A stretch of DNA of 32,000 bases from Horticoccus luteus (GCF_019464535.1 NZ_CP080507.1:1380001-1412000), one strand, 5' to 3'; numbered from the stretch's first letter, positions 1 to 12,504 are shown. Translations and numbers: made by a program. The notes: a model not told the origin generated them from the sequence alone.

Positions 1-198
1 AAAAATGCAGTGAAGGCGGCAATTGTTGCCAGCCAGCGCGACGGGCAGTCCTACCACGACTTCACGCGCCGCGTGCTGGTGGCGGGCGTGCAGGGATACT
101 GCGCGTTTTTGCGCGGGAAACGCGTGATCTATTTCGGGCGCCAGGGGGATTTGCACACGGAGTGGTTTCCGGGAGCGCAAGCGGCGTCTCGCCTTTGA
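1..198 (+). CDS. DUF1398-family protein, C-terminal fragment (5' end lies outside window)
   Basis: Open frame from the window edge to TGA 196-198. The tail ...SYHDFTRRVLVAGVQGYCAFLRGKRVIYFGRQGDLHTEWFPG matches the remembered DUF1398 (YbcV-like) C-terminal pattern (aGV..y.v.l..r.v.Yfg..G..h.E.fP). It ends 5 nt before the sigma-factor start. Confidence 0.5.
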   Translation, partial: KNAVKAAIVASQRDGQSYHDFTRRVLVAGVQGYCAFLRGKRVIYFGRQGDLHTEWFPGAQAASRL

Positions 199-202
199 TT
201 CG

Positions 203-1090
203 ATGCGCGGCATGGTTGTTGGAATGCCATCGTCCACGCCGAAGCTGCGTCCGCTTTTGGCGGCCGATCCGCAGGAGGCGGTGTGGGTGGCGGAAGCGAA
301 GGCGGGAAACTTTGAAGCACTGGACCAACTCTTGCGGCACCACCGGCCTTGGGTGTTCAACCTCGCATTGCGGATGGTCTGGCGACGAGACGTGGCGGAA
401 GATGCAACCCAGGAAATTCTGATCAAGGCGGTCACCCATCTCGCCTCGTTCGAGGGCCGCAGCGCCTTTCCCACGTGGCTCTATCGAATCGCGGTCAATC
501 ATCTGCTCAACGTGCGGAAATCGGAAATGGAAGAGTCGCGGATGACGTTTACGGACTTGGAGCGCTCGCTCGACGCGTGCGAAGACGCGGATTTGCCCGA
601 CGAGTCTTTGCTGCCGATCGGGCACGCGCTGCTCGTGGAGGAGGCGAAGCTCGGGTGCGTGACGGCGATGCTCATGTGTCTCGATCGGCGGCAACGGCTG
701 GCGTTCGTTTTGGGCGAGATCTTTGGCGTCACGAGCGATGAGGGGGCGGCGGTAATGGAGGTGACGGCGGCGAATTTCCGGCAGTTGCTCGCGCGAGCGC
801 GGCAGGACCTGTATCAGTTTATGCAGAACAAATGCGGTCTCGTGAACACGGCGAACCCATGTCGCTGCACGAAGAAAGCAGGCGCGTTCATGCGGAATGG
901 GTGGCTCGATGCGAAGGAGCGTCGGTTCACCGCGCACCGTCTCGCGTCCGTGCGTGACGCGGCGCCGGGACGACTGGAGGAGTTGCAGGAATTACAGCGC
1001 GCTCACGCGGAGATCTATCGCGCCGCGCCGTTCACCGATGCACCGGAGCTACTGGAGCGGGTGCGCCGGGTATTGAGCGCTCAGGCGTGA
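203..1090 (+). CDS. ECF-type RNA polymerase sigma-70 family factor with ~90-aa C-terminal extension
   Basis: Region 2 (DATQEILIKAVTHLASFEGRSAFPTWLYRIAVNHLLNVRK) and region 4 (LDRRQRLAFVLGEIFGVTSDEGAAVMEVTAANFRQLLARARQDL) are recognisable. An extra C-terminal domain begins with C-x10-C-x-C (NKCGLVNTANPCRCTKK). ATG at 203; alternative ATGs at 212 and 224. Confidence 0.8.
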   Translation: MRGMVVGMPSSTPKLRPLLAADPQEAVWVAEAKAGNFEALDQLLRHHRPWVFNLALRMVWRRDVAEDATQEILIKAVTHLASFEGRSAFPTWLYRIAVNHLLNVRKSEMEESRMTFTDLERSLDACEDADLPDESLLPIGHALLVEEAKLGCVTAMLMCLDRRQRLAFVLGEIFGVTSDEGAAVMEVTAANFRQLLARARQDLYQFMQNKCGLVNTANPCRCTKKAGAFMRNGWLDAKERRFTAHRLASVRDAAPGRLEELQELQRAHAEIYRAAPFTDAPELLERVRRVLSAQA

Positions 1091-1192
1091 ACGTCGAGTG
1101 CCGAGGCGAAGGATGCGGAGTCCGAACGGCGGCGCACGCGGAACGCAGGAGGTGGTGACAGGCAACGTGACTCGGCGCGCTGGCGCTCCCAG

Positions 1193-1654
1193 TCAGATGT
1201 TTTCCCAGGCGCGAGTGGCGACGGGGTCGCGGCCTTCGTCGTATTCGATGTGGTCGATGATGGTCTCGATGGGTTTGCCTTCGAGACCGCTGTCGTGGAT
1301 GCGCTGGGGCAGGACGGCGGTGCGTTCGTCGCGCCAGCCGAGCTTCAAGATGAAGCGATTCCACATGTGGCACTCCTCGTCGGTGCGGAACGTGCCGTGC
1401 GCATGAGCCCACGCGAGCAATTCCTCGTCGGTGCCGCCGGTGAGCGTGCGGGCGCGCAGCTCGTCGTAGTTGATGCCGAGGAAACGGCAGCAGCGACCAT
1501 CGAGCGTGTAGAACTGTGCCGTGCCGAGATTGGCGACGTAGTCGGCGGGGAGCTGGCCAGCGGCATGCAGGCGGATTTTGTCGAGCATGCGGCCGAAATA
1601 TATCAGGCGGCCGACTTTCGAGTAGACGCTGCGCAAACCAGGAACGTGGGGCAT
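1193..1654 (-). CDS. DUF5069 domain-containing protein
   Basis: From the internal ATG (cat at 1652-1654) the product reads MPHVPGLRSVYSKVGRLIYFGRMLDKIRLHAAGQLPADY...CCRFLGINYDEL.., which fits the remembered DUF5069 pattern. The longer ORF back to 1870 adds a non-conserved leader that overlaps the next gene. Confidence 0.6.
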   Translation of the reverse strand: MPHVPGLRSVYSKVGRLIYFGRMLDKIRLHAAGQLPADYVANLGTAQFYTLDGRCCRFLGINYDELRARTLTGGTDEELLAWAHAHGTFRTDEECHMWNRFILKLGWRDERTAVLPQRIHDSGLEGKPIETIIDHIEYDEGRDPVATRAWENI

Positions 1655-1884
1655 GGGGGAGCGGTGTTGAGGGATGCGAAGCAAACGGAACGGAGACGAT
1701 TGAACAAGGCCTTCCGGCGTGCGCGACCGGTGCAGCGAAGTTCTCTTTGCAGCACTATAGCCACTCGCCTTCGGCTCCGCGGTGCGGGCGAGACTACGAA
1801 CCTCGGCCTCGCAGGCATTGAAAACACCGCGTGAATAGAAAAAGCCCTTGCTCGCACACATTGGCGGCATCCAGCATCCAGATA

Positions 1885-2673
1885 ATGATTACTCCCCGCG
1901 TCACCCTGCTTCAGTCTGCGAAGGCCTTTATTGCGAAGTCAGCTAAAGTGGCGGCCGTGATCGCCCCGCTCGCGGTCGCAGTCCTGCCGACCGAGGCCGA
2001 AGCGCAGGTGACGTTCGGACCGGTGACATCCACGAGCGCTTCGGCTCTCCTCCCATCGGGTGGCGGCGGCGTGACCAACTACACGGCTTCGAGCTGGTTC
2101 ACCAAATCAGCCTCTCCGGAGACCGGTTTTGCGGGCCAGCAGTTCGGGGCAAACTACATCATCACCGATTTGCCAGAGACTGGTTACGGACTCATGGCGA
2201 CGATCGGATTCCAAGCCAGCTCCGGCAGCTCCGGGTCACTGGCGACCGATGGCGCGCACGTGCCTTTCGCTTACCAATTCTCCCTTACTTCCAGTCCGGG
2301 CATCGCAAACGCGTCCTGGTGGATCGATGTCACACTGCTCGGCGAGGGCGGTTACAATACGACGATCACGGCTGCATCCGGCTTTTTCGACGCGGAGACA
2401 TTTTCGGGCGTGAGCGACCTCGTCACCACTCCCGAATGGGGCGATGGTCCATCTTCGTTCGCCCTCAGCCCCGCGGGCTATTCCGTGCAGCTCCACCTCC
2501 AATTCAGCGCCATCGCGCCAACCGATTCGATTTCCGTGAGCATGGGTAACTCGGAGGGTTTTGCGCTCGGCTCGAGCTCGCTGACCGCCGTGCCGGAACC
2601 GTCGACTTACGCCTTGCTGGTCGGCGCGCTCGTCATGGGCTACGCCGCCTATCGCCGTCGCCGGGCTGCCTGA
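1885..2673 (+). CDS. PEP-CTERM sorting-domain secreted protein
   Basis: C-terminus is VPEPSTYALLVGALVMGYAAYRRRRAA: a PEP motif, a TM helix and an Arg cluster. The N-terminal signal peptide ends ..AVLPTEAEAQ. The body is Ser/Gly/Thr-rich. Start chosen at ATG 1885 (MITPRV..); the ORF track starts at 1831. Confidence 0.75.
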   Translation: MITPRVTLLQSAKAFIAKSAKVAAVIAPLAVAVLPTEAEAQVTFGPVTSTSASALLPSGGGGVTNYTASSWFTKSASPETGFAGQQFGANYIITDLPETGYGLMATIGFQASSGSSGSLATDGAHVPFAYQFSLTSSPGIANASWWIDVTLLGEGGYNTTITAASGFFDAETFSGVSDLVTTPEWGDGPSSFALSPAGYSVQLHLQFSAIAPTDSISVSMGNSEGFALGSSSLTAVPEPSTYALLVGALVMGYAAYRRRRAA

Positions 2674-2677
2674 TCTC

Positions 2678-3892
2678 ATGCCGCGGCTTTTGCTGCTGCT
2701 GCCGCAATTGCCGCACGACCCCGCCAGTGGCGCGGCTCGCTCCCTGCGCACTGCGTGCGAGTTTCTCGCCGATGCCGGCTGGTCCGTCCGCGCGCTCGCG
2801 ACCACTGCGACGGAGGCCGCCGGCGGCGATGGACGCACACTGCTCGCGCAACAGGGCATCGTGTCGGAAGAACACGCGCCGAATCGCGCGATCTACCGCC
2901 ATGATCGTCCCGTCCTGACGTTCACCGACCGGCATGGCATTCACACGGCGCTGCTCGATACCGGGCGCCTCGCTGTTTCCGCCTGGCCAGAGCGTCACGG
3001 TTCGCAGTTCAACCGACTTTACGCCCGCGAACTTGCGGACTTTCGTCCGGACATCGTCTTCGCCTTCGGGGGACAACCGGGCGACGTCGAACGTTACCGC
3101 CGCGCGTCGGCCGCGGGCGTCAAAGTCGTCTTCGGCCTGCGCAACCACGGCTATTACGAGGCGCGCTGGCTCGCCGAATTGGACGCCGTCCTGACGTGCA
3201 GCGAGTTTGTCTCCGCGCGCTACCGCGAGCGGCTCGGGCTGGAGAGCGTCGCGCTGCCCCCGCCGCTCGCCGCCCGCGATGTCATCGCAGCGGAGCGCGA
3301 ACCCATATTCTTCGTGGCCGTGAACCCGTCGGTGGAAAAGGGGGCGTTTTTCCTCGCGCGACTCGCGGAGGAGGTCGCATTGCGCCGCCCCGACTTGCCG
3401 ATGCTCTTCATCGAATCGCGCGGTTCCGCTGGCGCGCTAGTTCGCGCGGGGTTGGCGGGGGGCTTCGACTTGCGCCGGCACGAGTCGCTGATGTTCACGC
3501 CTGCCACGGCGACGCCGGCGGAGATTTTTCGCGGCGCCCGCGTGTTGCTCGCGCCTTCCGTGTGGGAGGAACCGTTCGGCCGCGTCGCCGCCGAAGCGCT
3601 TGTCAATAGCGTGCCGCCGATCGTGAGCGATCGAGGCGGCCTGCCCGAAGCGGCCAACGGCGGCGGTTTCGTGGTGCCACTTCCGGCTGATTTGACGCTG
3701 GAAACGCGCACGCCGGTCGGCCCGGCCGCCGTCGCCCCCTGGGTGGAATTCATCGAAAAGCTGGCCGACGACGACGCCTTCTACGCCGCGGCCAGCAGCC
3801 GGGCGCGAGCCGCCGGAGAAAGTTACCGCCCGCAGAACCTCGCGCCGCGGTATGTAGAATTTTTCGAGCGGGTGTTAGCTTCGCCCGCATGA
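2678..3892 (+). CDS. Glycosyltransferase (GT4/GT1-like, GT-B fold)
   Basis: Carries the C-terminal retaining-GT signature ..SVWEEPFGRVAAEALVNSVPPIVSDRGGLPEA.. (E-x7-E-like motif). The start is 4 nt after the PEP-CTERM gene stop, so co-transcription is likely. Confidence 0.7.
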   Translation: MPRLLLLLPQLPHDPASGAARSLRTACEFLADAGWSVRALATTATEAAGGDGRTLLAQQGIVSEEHAPNRAIYRHDRPVLTFTDRHGIHTALLDTGRLAVSAWPERHGSQFNRLYARELADFRPDIVFAFGGQPGDVERYRRASAAGVKVVFGLRNHGYYEARWLAELDAVLTCSEFVSARYRERLGLESVALPPPLAARDVIAAEREPIFFVAVNPSVEKGAFFLARLAEEVALRRPDLPMLFIESRGSAGALVRAGLAGGFDLRRHESLMFTPATATPAEIFRGARVLLAPSVWEEPFGRVAAEALVNSVPPIVSDRGGLPEAANGGGFVVPLPADLTLETRTPVGPAAVAPWVEFIEKLADDDAFYAAASSRARAAGESYRPQNLAPRYVEFFERVLASPA

Positions 3893-4157
3893 GCCCGCAG
3901 CGTAAGCGAAGTGTCACGAGTCGAGACATGTCCGATTCAGCTGAGCACGCCCGTGATGCTAAAGCAAAGATACGTGTGCCTGGCGATCGTTGAAGAACGT
4001 CACGCACGACCCGGATAACAGTGGCGATACGAACGTCTCGCCTCGAACTCGGAAATTTGGCGTGTGCCGCGTAATCAGGGGAGGCGCCTGCAATTCGTTT
4101 CGTTGGTCAATAGTCGAGACGTGTGGTTTAGGTATTTTCCCTTGACTGGCAGGGCCA

Positions 4158-4457
4158 TTACGCGGCGTGGCCGAGGCTTTGGGCAGGGCGGATTTTAGCG
4201 GTGAGCTTTTTCTGCTTTTTGCCCAAGGCGCGAAAATCACACTCGACTTGTAGTCCGTGCCAGAACTCGGGTGTCTGGCCGAAGAAAGCGCCGAAGCGGA
4301 TGGACATGACGGGAGTGATTGAGCGGTGGCCAAGCACGATTTCGTTGATCGCGCGCGGTGACACCCCGATGGCACGGGCCATGGCGTTTTGAGAGATTCC
4401 CATCGGAGTGAGGTATTCCTCCAGCAGGATTTCACCGGGTGTGATGGGCGGGTTCAT
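4158..4457 (-). CDS. higA: HigA-family antitoxin (XRE HTH)
   Basis: [64 protein letters not shown] is the classical HigA/VapI HTH pattern. It lies 31 nt downstream of higB on the same strand. Confidence 0.85.
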   Translation of the reverse strand: MNPPITPGEILLEEYLTPMGISQNAMARAIGVSPRAINEIVLGHRSITPVMSIRFGAFFGQTPEFWHGLQVECDFRALGKKQKKLTAKIRPAQSLGHAA

Positions 4458-4488
4458 GGCTATAACGTGGAGCGTTATGGCAGGCGCT

Positions 4489-4767
4489 TCAATGGTAATC
4501 TACGATAGCCACCTCGGCCGGGCCATTCTCCGTCCAACGGAAAACCAGGCGCCACTGGTCGTTGATCCGGATGGCGTGTAATCCGGCCCGATCACCTTTG
4601 AGGGCTTCGAGCCGGTTGCGGGGCGGCACGGCGAGGTCTTGGAGCACTCCGGCCCGGTTCATCTGAAAAAGTTTCCGCAGGGCAACCCGGGCAATCGCCG
4701 AGAAACGCCGGTTCTTTTCCTCGCGGAAAAGCTGTTCGGTGTCGTGGTCGGCGAAGGACTGAATCAT
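4489..4767 (-). CDS. higB: HigB-family toxin (RelE/ParE superfamily, 'plasmid maintenance system killer')
   Basis: 92 aa. MIQSF.D..TEQLF......[43 protein letters not shown]....P..V.IVDYH matches the HigB pattern. Toxin-first order is typical of higBA. Confidence 0.85.
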   Translation of the reverse strand: MIQSFADHDTEQLFREEKNRRFSAIARVALRKLFQMNRAGVLQDLAVPPRNRLEALKGDRAGLHAIRINDQWRLVFRWTENGPAEVAIVDYH

Positions 4768-4796
4768 AAGCGGGGCGGCCCGCCGAAGAGGTCGAA

Positions 4797-4817
4797 GGGC
4801 GCGGACAAGCCGCGCCC
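4797..4817 (-). terminator. GC-rich hairpin just downstream of icd (terminator-like, no clear U-tract)
   Basis: GGGCGCGG (4797-4804) pairs with CCGCGCCC (4810-4817) across a 5-nt loop. It sits 9 nt past the icd stop codon on the minus strand. Confidence 0.35.
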
Positions 4818-4825
4818 CTACAAAA

Positions 4826-7174
<2,349 letters not shown>

Positions 7175-7398
7175 TCAGGCTTAAAGGGAGGTAATGGGCG
7201 GAAGCAGTGGTCGCAGTGATCGCGAAGCGCCCACTGAGCCCGCGGAGCAAAGGCAATCCCGACGGGAAGAAATAAGACCATGCGAGCGCCGCAGGCGAGG
7301 TGGGCAAGGCACGAGCCCGAACGCGGGGGCGCGGGGGAGGAGCGTGGGATTCGGCTGGCACAGGGAAGCGTGGGACGATGGAATCGCGGCGCTATTTT

Positions 7399-8919
<1,521 letters not shown>

Positions 8920-9003
8920 TTTTTCTATTTACGAATGCAGACCGCGGCGGGCTTTGCGGCGAAAGGCGGCAGCAGAGGCGGGTGCGCGCCAGATATCTTC
9001 CCG

Positions 9004-9034
9004 GGCGGGCGGTCCGGCTGGCGGGCGGTCCGGC
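9004..9034. repeat. Tandem direct repeat, 2 x GGCGGGCGGTCCGGC separated by one T
   Basis: Exact 15-nt copies at 9004-9018 and 9020-9034, in the convergent spacer between xylB and the DUF1801/YdeI gene. Confidence 0.9.
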
Positions 9035-9065
9035 GGAGTGAACGCGCGCTCCGCGGGCGCTGCGG

Positions 9066-9677
9066 TCAGCGGCGTTCGTATTTCCAATTGCGCGCCTTGC
9101 CGGCGGCGAGCCACTCGAGAGTGGTGGCGAGGCGTTGCTCGCGGGTCGCGGGGCGTTTCGCTTCGGTGAGCCACTCGATGTAGTCTTTGCGTTTGGAGTA
9201 GCTGAAGGCCTTGAAGGTGGCGGCGGCGGCGGCATGGGTGCGCAACGCGGTGGCGAGATCGGCAGGCACGCGGAGCGCGATGCGCGGCGACGGCGCGGGC
9301 CGGGGGCGCGCGGGCGCGGAGTCCATGAGTTTCGCGGCGGCTTTGATGAAGCGGCGCAAGGTGGCATCGGACGGGAGATCGCCCGGGCCGGTGATGCGTC
9401 CGAGGTGCCCCATCGCCTCCTCGGTGGCGAAGCCTTCCTTGACGAGCAGTTCGGTCATGCCGCGGTGCCAGAAACCGAAAGAGCAGTGCGCTTTGAAGGC
9501 CGCCATGCCGCAGAGGATTTTTCCGCCGCGCACGAAGTTGGGCATGTTCCACTTGATGGTTTCTTCCACCTCCGGAGCCGCGGCGTGCACGAGGGCGCGA
9601 AGATGGCGAAGGATGGGCTGGGCAAACGGGGCGGACTTGGCGATGTAGGCGTCGATACGGGGATCGGTGCGAGGCAT
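9066..9677 (-). CDS. DUF1801 / YdeI (OmpD-associated) family protein
   Basis: The N-terminal half (DPRIDAYIAKSAPFAQPILRHLRALVHAAAPEVEETIKWNMPNF..GGKILCGMAAFKAHCSFGFW) is DUF1801-like. The C-terminal half (FSYSKRKDYIEWLTEAKRPATREQRLATTLEWLAAGKARNWKYE) is YdeI-like. Start at ATG 9677. Confidence 0.7.
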   Translation of the reverse strand: MPRTDPRIDAYIAKSAPFAQPILRHLRALVHAAAPEVEETIKWNMPNFVRGGKILCGMAAFKAHCSFGFWHRGMTELLVKEGFATEEAMGHLGRITGPGDLPSDATLRRFIKAAAKLMDSAPARPRPAPSPRIALRVPADLATALRTHAAAAATFKAFSYSKRKDYIEWLTEAKRPATREQRLATTLEWLAAGKARNWKYERR

Positions 9678-9844
9678 GGCGGGAATGGGTGAGAGGCGAA
9701 GGCGGGGGTGGGGGAGGCGGAGCAAAGCCAAGCATCAGATGAAACCCAAAGACCAATCCGAAATTGGGGTGGTGGAGAGGTGCGGTAAGCGGAGGCGGAG
9801 ATAGCAAGGCGCACTTTGCGAAACGAAGGCGGTCTGCGGGAGCG

Positions 9845-11161
9845 ATGAAGGACTGCGATGTGATCGTCATTGGGGCTGGCGTGGCGGGACTGGCGGCGGC
9901 GGGCGGCATCGCTCGAGACGGCTGGCACGTGCGCGTGATCGAGGCGCGCGATCGGGTGGGCGGACGGGTGTGGACGATCCGGCCGCGGGGTTGGTGCGAG
10001 CCCGTGGAGCTGGGCGCGGCGTTTGTGCATGGCGGCAACGCGGCGTTGTGGGCGGCGATGCGACGGGCGAAGATGGCGACGCGGCGCACGCCAGGAAAAC
10101 ATTGGCTGGGAAACGTGGACGGGATCGAGGCGACCAACGATTTATCGCGGCGCATCGTGGGCGTGACCCAGCGCATCGATGCACAGCGGATGCGCGGCTG
10201 GTCGTTTGCGAGATTTTTGAAGACGGTGGCCGGCGATGTGTCGGCAGACGATCGGATGCTCACGGAGAGTTTTGTCGAAGGGTTCGAAGCGGCCTCGTTG
10301 GACGAAATGAGCGCGGCGTCACTCGCGGGGGAATCGCCGGATGACGCGGAGCAGTTTATTGTGCCGGGCGGTTACGATGGGTTGGTGCAGCAACTGGCGG
10401 AGGAAGCGGTGGGGGCGGGCGCGGAGTTTGAGTTGAAGGAGGAAGTGACCGACGTGCGCTGGCGGAAGGGCGACGTGGCGGTGCGGTTGCGCGGGGGCGA
10501 CATGCGGCGGGCGCGCGCGGTGGTGGTGACGCTGCCCATCGGCGTGTGGCACCAAGGCAGCGTGACCTTCGCGCCGCGATTGCGGGCGAAGGAGCGGGCG
10601 GCCGCGCGGATCGGGAACGGGCAGGTGGTGAGACTGACGTTGCGATTGGACGTGGGGCGCTGGCGGGCGTTGCGCGCGCGGGGCCGGGCACCGGCGGGGC
10701 GGTTGGGATTTGGGTTCATCCATTCGCGCATCGCCGGCGTGCCAGTGTGGTGGTCAATGACGAAAACGCCGGTGCTCACGGGCTGGGCGGGCGGACCGGC
10801 GGCGAGCGTTTTGCGAGGGGCGACGGACGGGGAGGTGCGACAGCGGGCGGAGCAATCGCTCGCGACGCTGCTGGGCGTGCCGGTCACGGCGTTGCGCGGG
10901 GCGGTGCGCGGAATCAAACTGCACCGATGGGATCGAGATCCGTGGAGCGGCGGGGCGTATAGTTTCGTGCGCGCGGGCGGGGAAGGAGCGGCGCGGGCGT
11001 TGCGCGCGGTGGTGCAGGAGACGATGTTCTTTGCGGGCGAGGCGACGGCGGAAGGCGAGGAAGTGGGCACGGTGCACGGCGCGTTGGGCAGCGGCGTGCG
11101 GGCGGCCGAGGAGGTTCGGAACGTTTTTATGGTGAACGCGCGGGGACGGCGCGGGCGTTAA
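9845..11161 (+). CDS. FAD-dependent amine oxidase family oxidoreductase
   Basis: Has the dinucleotide-binding N-terminus DVIVIGAGVAGLAAAGGIARDGWHVRVIEARDRVGGRVWT and the C-terminal FFAGEATA....GTVHGALGSG motif typical of flavin amine oxidases. Start at ATG 9845. Confidence 0.75.
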   Translation: MKDCDVIVIGAGVAGLAAAGGIARDGWHVRVIEARDRVGGRVWTIRPRGWCEPVELGAAFVHGGNAALWAAMRRAKMATRRTPGKHWLGNVDGIEATNDLSRRIVGVTQRIDAQRMRGWSFARFLKTVAGDVSADDRMLTESFVEGFEAASLDEMSAASLAGESPDDAEQFIVPGGYDGLVQQLAEEAVGAGAEFELKEEVTDVRWRKGDVAVRLRGGDMRRARAVVVTLPIGVWHQGSVTFAPRLRAKERAAARIGNGQVVRLTLRLDVGRWRALRARGRAPAGRLGFGFIHSRIAGVPVWWSMTKTPVLTGWAGGPAASVLRGATDGEVRQRAEQSLATLLGVPVTALRGAVRGIKLHRWDRDPWSGGAYSFVRAGGEGAARALRAVVQETMFFAGEATAEGEEVGTVHGALGSGVRAAEEVRNVFMVNARGRRGR

Positions 11162-11284
11162 CTCCGGCGCGGCGCGGCGTGGTTCCTGCCGGGGAATTTT
11201 CGGCTGATCCACGGGAAACGTGTGAGGGCGGGATCAGGGTTGCGCCGACTGGTTGACTGGGCGGCGGAAGGCTATTGTGACGAC

Positions 11285-11491
11285 ATGGGCTATAGCATTC
11301 TCATCGTGCTCGCAGTCGTCCTACTGCCGTTGCTCATCGTCTTTTTGACGCGCGGGCGGAAGCCGTCGGGCGGGCGGGGGATTCCGCACGGCGTCATCCG
11401 AGAGAAGCCATCGGCGGACGCGCCGAGTGCGGGCGGTGGCACGGTGAACCGCAGCACGGAAAAGGTGCGGCGGAAAACGCCGCCGGCTTGA
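11285..11491 (+). CDS. Small hypothetical membrane protein (68 aa)
   Basis: One N-terminal TM helix (YSILIVLAVVLLPLLIVFL) is followed by a basic tail. Third-codon positions are GC-rich like neighbouring genes. No family recognised. Confidence 0.4.
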   Translation: MGYSILIVLAVVLLPLLIVFLTRGRKPSGGRGIPHGVIREKPSADAPSAGGGTVNRSTEKVRRKTPPA

Positions 11492-11530
11492 CGAGTGGCG
11501 ACCGCGGCCGGCGAGGGGCGGCGGAGGGAG

Positions 11531-12319
11531 TCAACGCTCCGCCGCGGGCGGGCGGGAGAAATGGCGGCGATACGCGCGACAGAAGGTGTTGCTGCTCGTG
11601 AAGCCGCTGGCGCGGGCGACATCCTGAATATCGAACGCGGTGGCGGCGAGCATCGTGCGCGCGTGCTCGAGACGCAGGCGGCGGAGGAGCGCGCCGGGCG
11701 CTTCGCGGTAACGCGCGCGAAAGGCGCGGATGAAGTGTTCGCGGCTGACGCCGCAGTGGGCGGCGACGCTTTTCAAATTGATGGGGGCGCGGAAGTGGTC
11801 GCGCAGATAGTGGTAGCCAAACTCGATCGGATCGCTGGTGCGGGTGCCGAGGACTTGCTCGCGATAGAGCGCGATGAGGAGGCGATGCAAGAGGTCGGTT
11901 TCATGGAAACGGTCGTGAAACGAGCGATGTTCGAAACGGTGCAACAGCTCGTCGAAGAGCGCGGTGGCCTCGCTGTCGTCGGGCATCGCGACGACGGAGC
12001 CGAAGTCGTGCCGCAGACGATTGAAGAGCGGGCGCACGCCGGCCGGGGAAAACGTGACGAAACGCAGGCGGTAAGGCGCGGTGGCTTCGGGCGGGAAGCC
12101 ATAGCGCGAAGGTTCGCGGTGCGTGAACAGCATGGCTTGACCGACGCCCACGAGTTGGCGGCGACCGGAGCGTTCGAAAAAGCCGGCGCCGGCGAGGGTG
12201 CGCTGCACGACGAGCGCGGCGGCATCTTCGCGGCGGGCGTTTTCGAGCAGGTAGTCGGGGCCGGTGCGCACCTCCTCGCCTGCACCGTGAACGGAGGAAA
12301 ATGGGTCGGCGGCGGACAT
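11531..12319 (-). CDS. AraC-family transcriptional regulator
   Basis: The C-terminal double HTH reads LKSVAAHCGVSREHFIRAFRARYREAPGALLRRLRLEHARTMLAATAFDIQDVARASGFTSSNTFCRAYRRHF. Start at ATG 12319. It is divergent from the GH4 gene. Confidence 0.85.
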   Translation of the reverse strand: MSAADPFSSVHGAGEEVRTGPDYLLENARREDAAALVVQRTLAGAGFFERSGRRQLVGVGQAMLFTHREPSRYGFPPEATAPYRLRFVTFSPAGVRPLFNRLRHDFGSVVAMPDDSEATALFDELLHRFEHRSFHDRFHETDLLHRLLIALYREQVLGTRTSDPIEFGYHYLRDHFRAPINLKSVAAHCGVSREHFIRAFRARYREAPGALLRRLRLEHARTMLAATAFDIQDVARASGFTSSNTFCRAYRRHFSRPPAAER

Positions 12320-12504
12320 GGCGCGAACATCACATTTTGCACATCGCGCATCAATCTTTTGCGCTTGGGGCCGCGGACGAGGGAGGCGAAAGTGGCGGGG
12401 AAATGTCCGCTCTTTACTGAGGTCAGCGGGGTGAGGGCACCCCGCCTGCAAATCGGAAGGCCGGGCGCGAACACTGAAGCCAAAAATCACTTTCTTCCCA
12501 AAAC

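Noticed and set aside
62-937. 291-aa minus-strand ORF opposite the ECF sigma gene. Similar R/P-rich ORFs occur at 7096-7923, 8929-10263, 15040-16791, 16792-17451, 17546-18295, 20832-21371 and 27534-28829.
   Set aside because: These are Arg/Pro/His-rich low-complexity translations that overlap well-supported genes on the other strand or frame. This is the typical high-GC stop-codon-depletion artefact.
1655-1870. Long N-terminal extension of the DUF5069 gene (ORF track start at 1870)
   Set aside because: The extension overlaps the PEP-CTERM gene start region and has no similarity to the family. The conserved domain begins right after the internal ATG at 1654.
7300-7398. Extended xylB start (GTG/ATG at 7300 or 7378), and the small ORFs 7194-7421 (+) and 7119-7361 (-) in the icd-xylB spacer
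   Set aside because: The Arg/Gly-rich leader is not part of FGGY kinases, which begin a few residues before the DxGT motif. The small ORFs have no recognisable features. The 325-bp spacer is more simply a divergent promoter region.
11222-11284. GTG-initiated 89-aa version of the small membrane protein ORF
   Set aside because: The extra 21 residues are non-hydrophobic and precede a good ATG placed right before the TM helix. Even the 68-aa version is only a moderate-confidence call.
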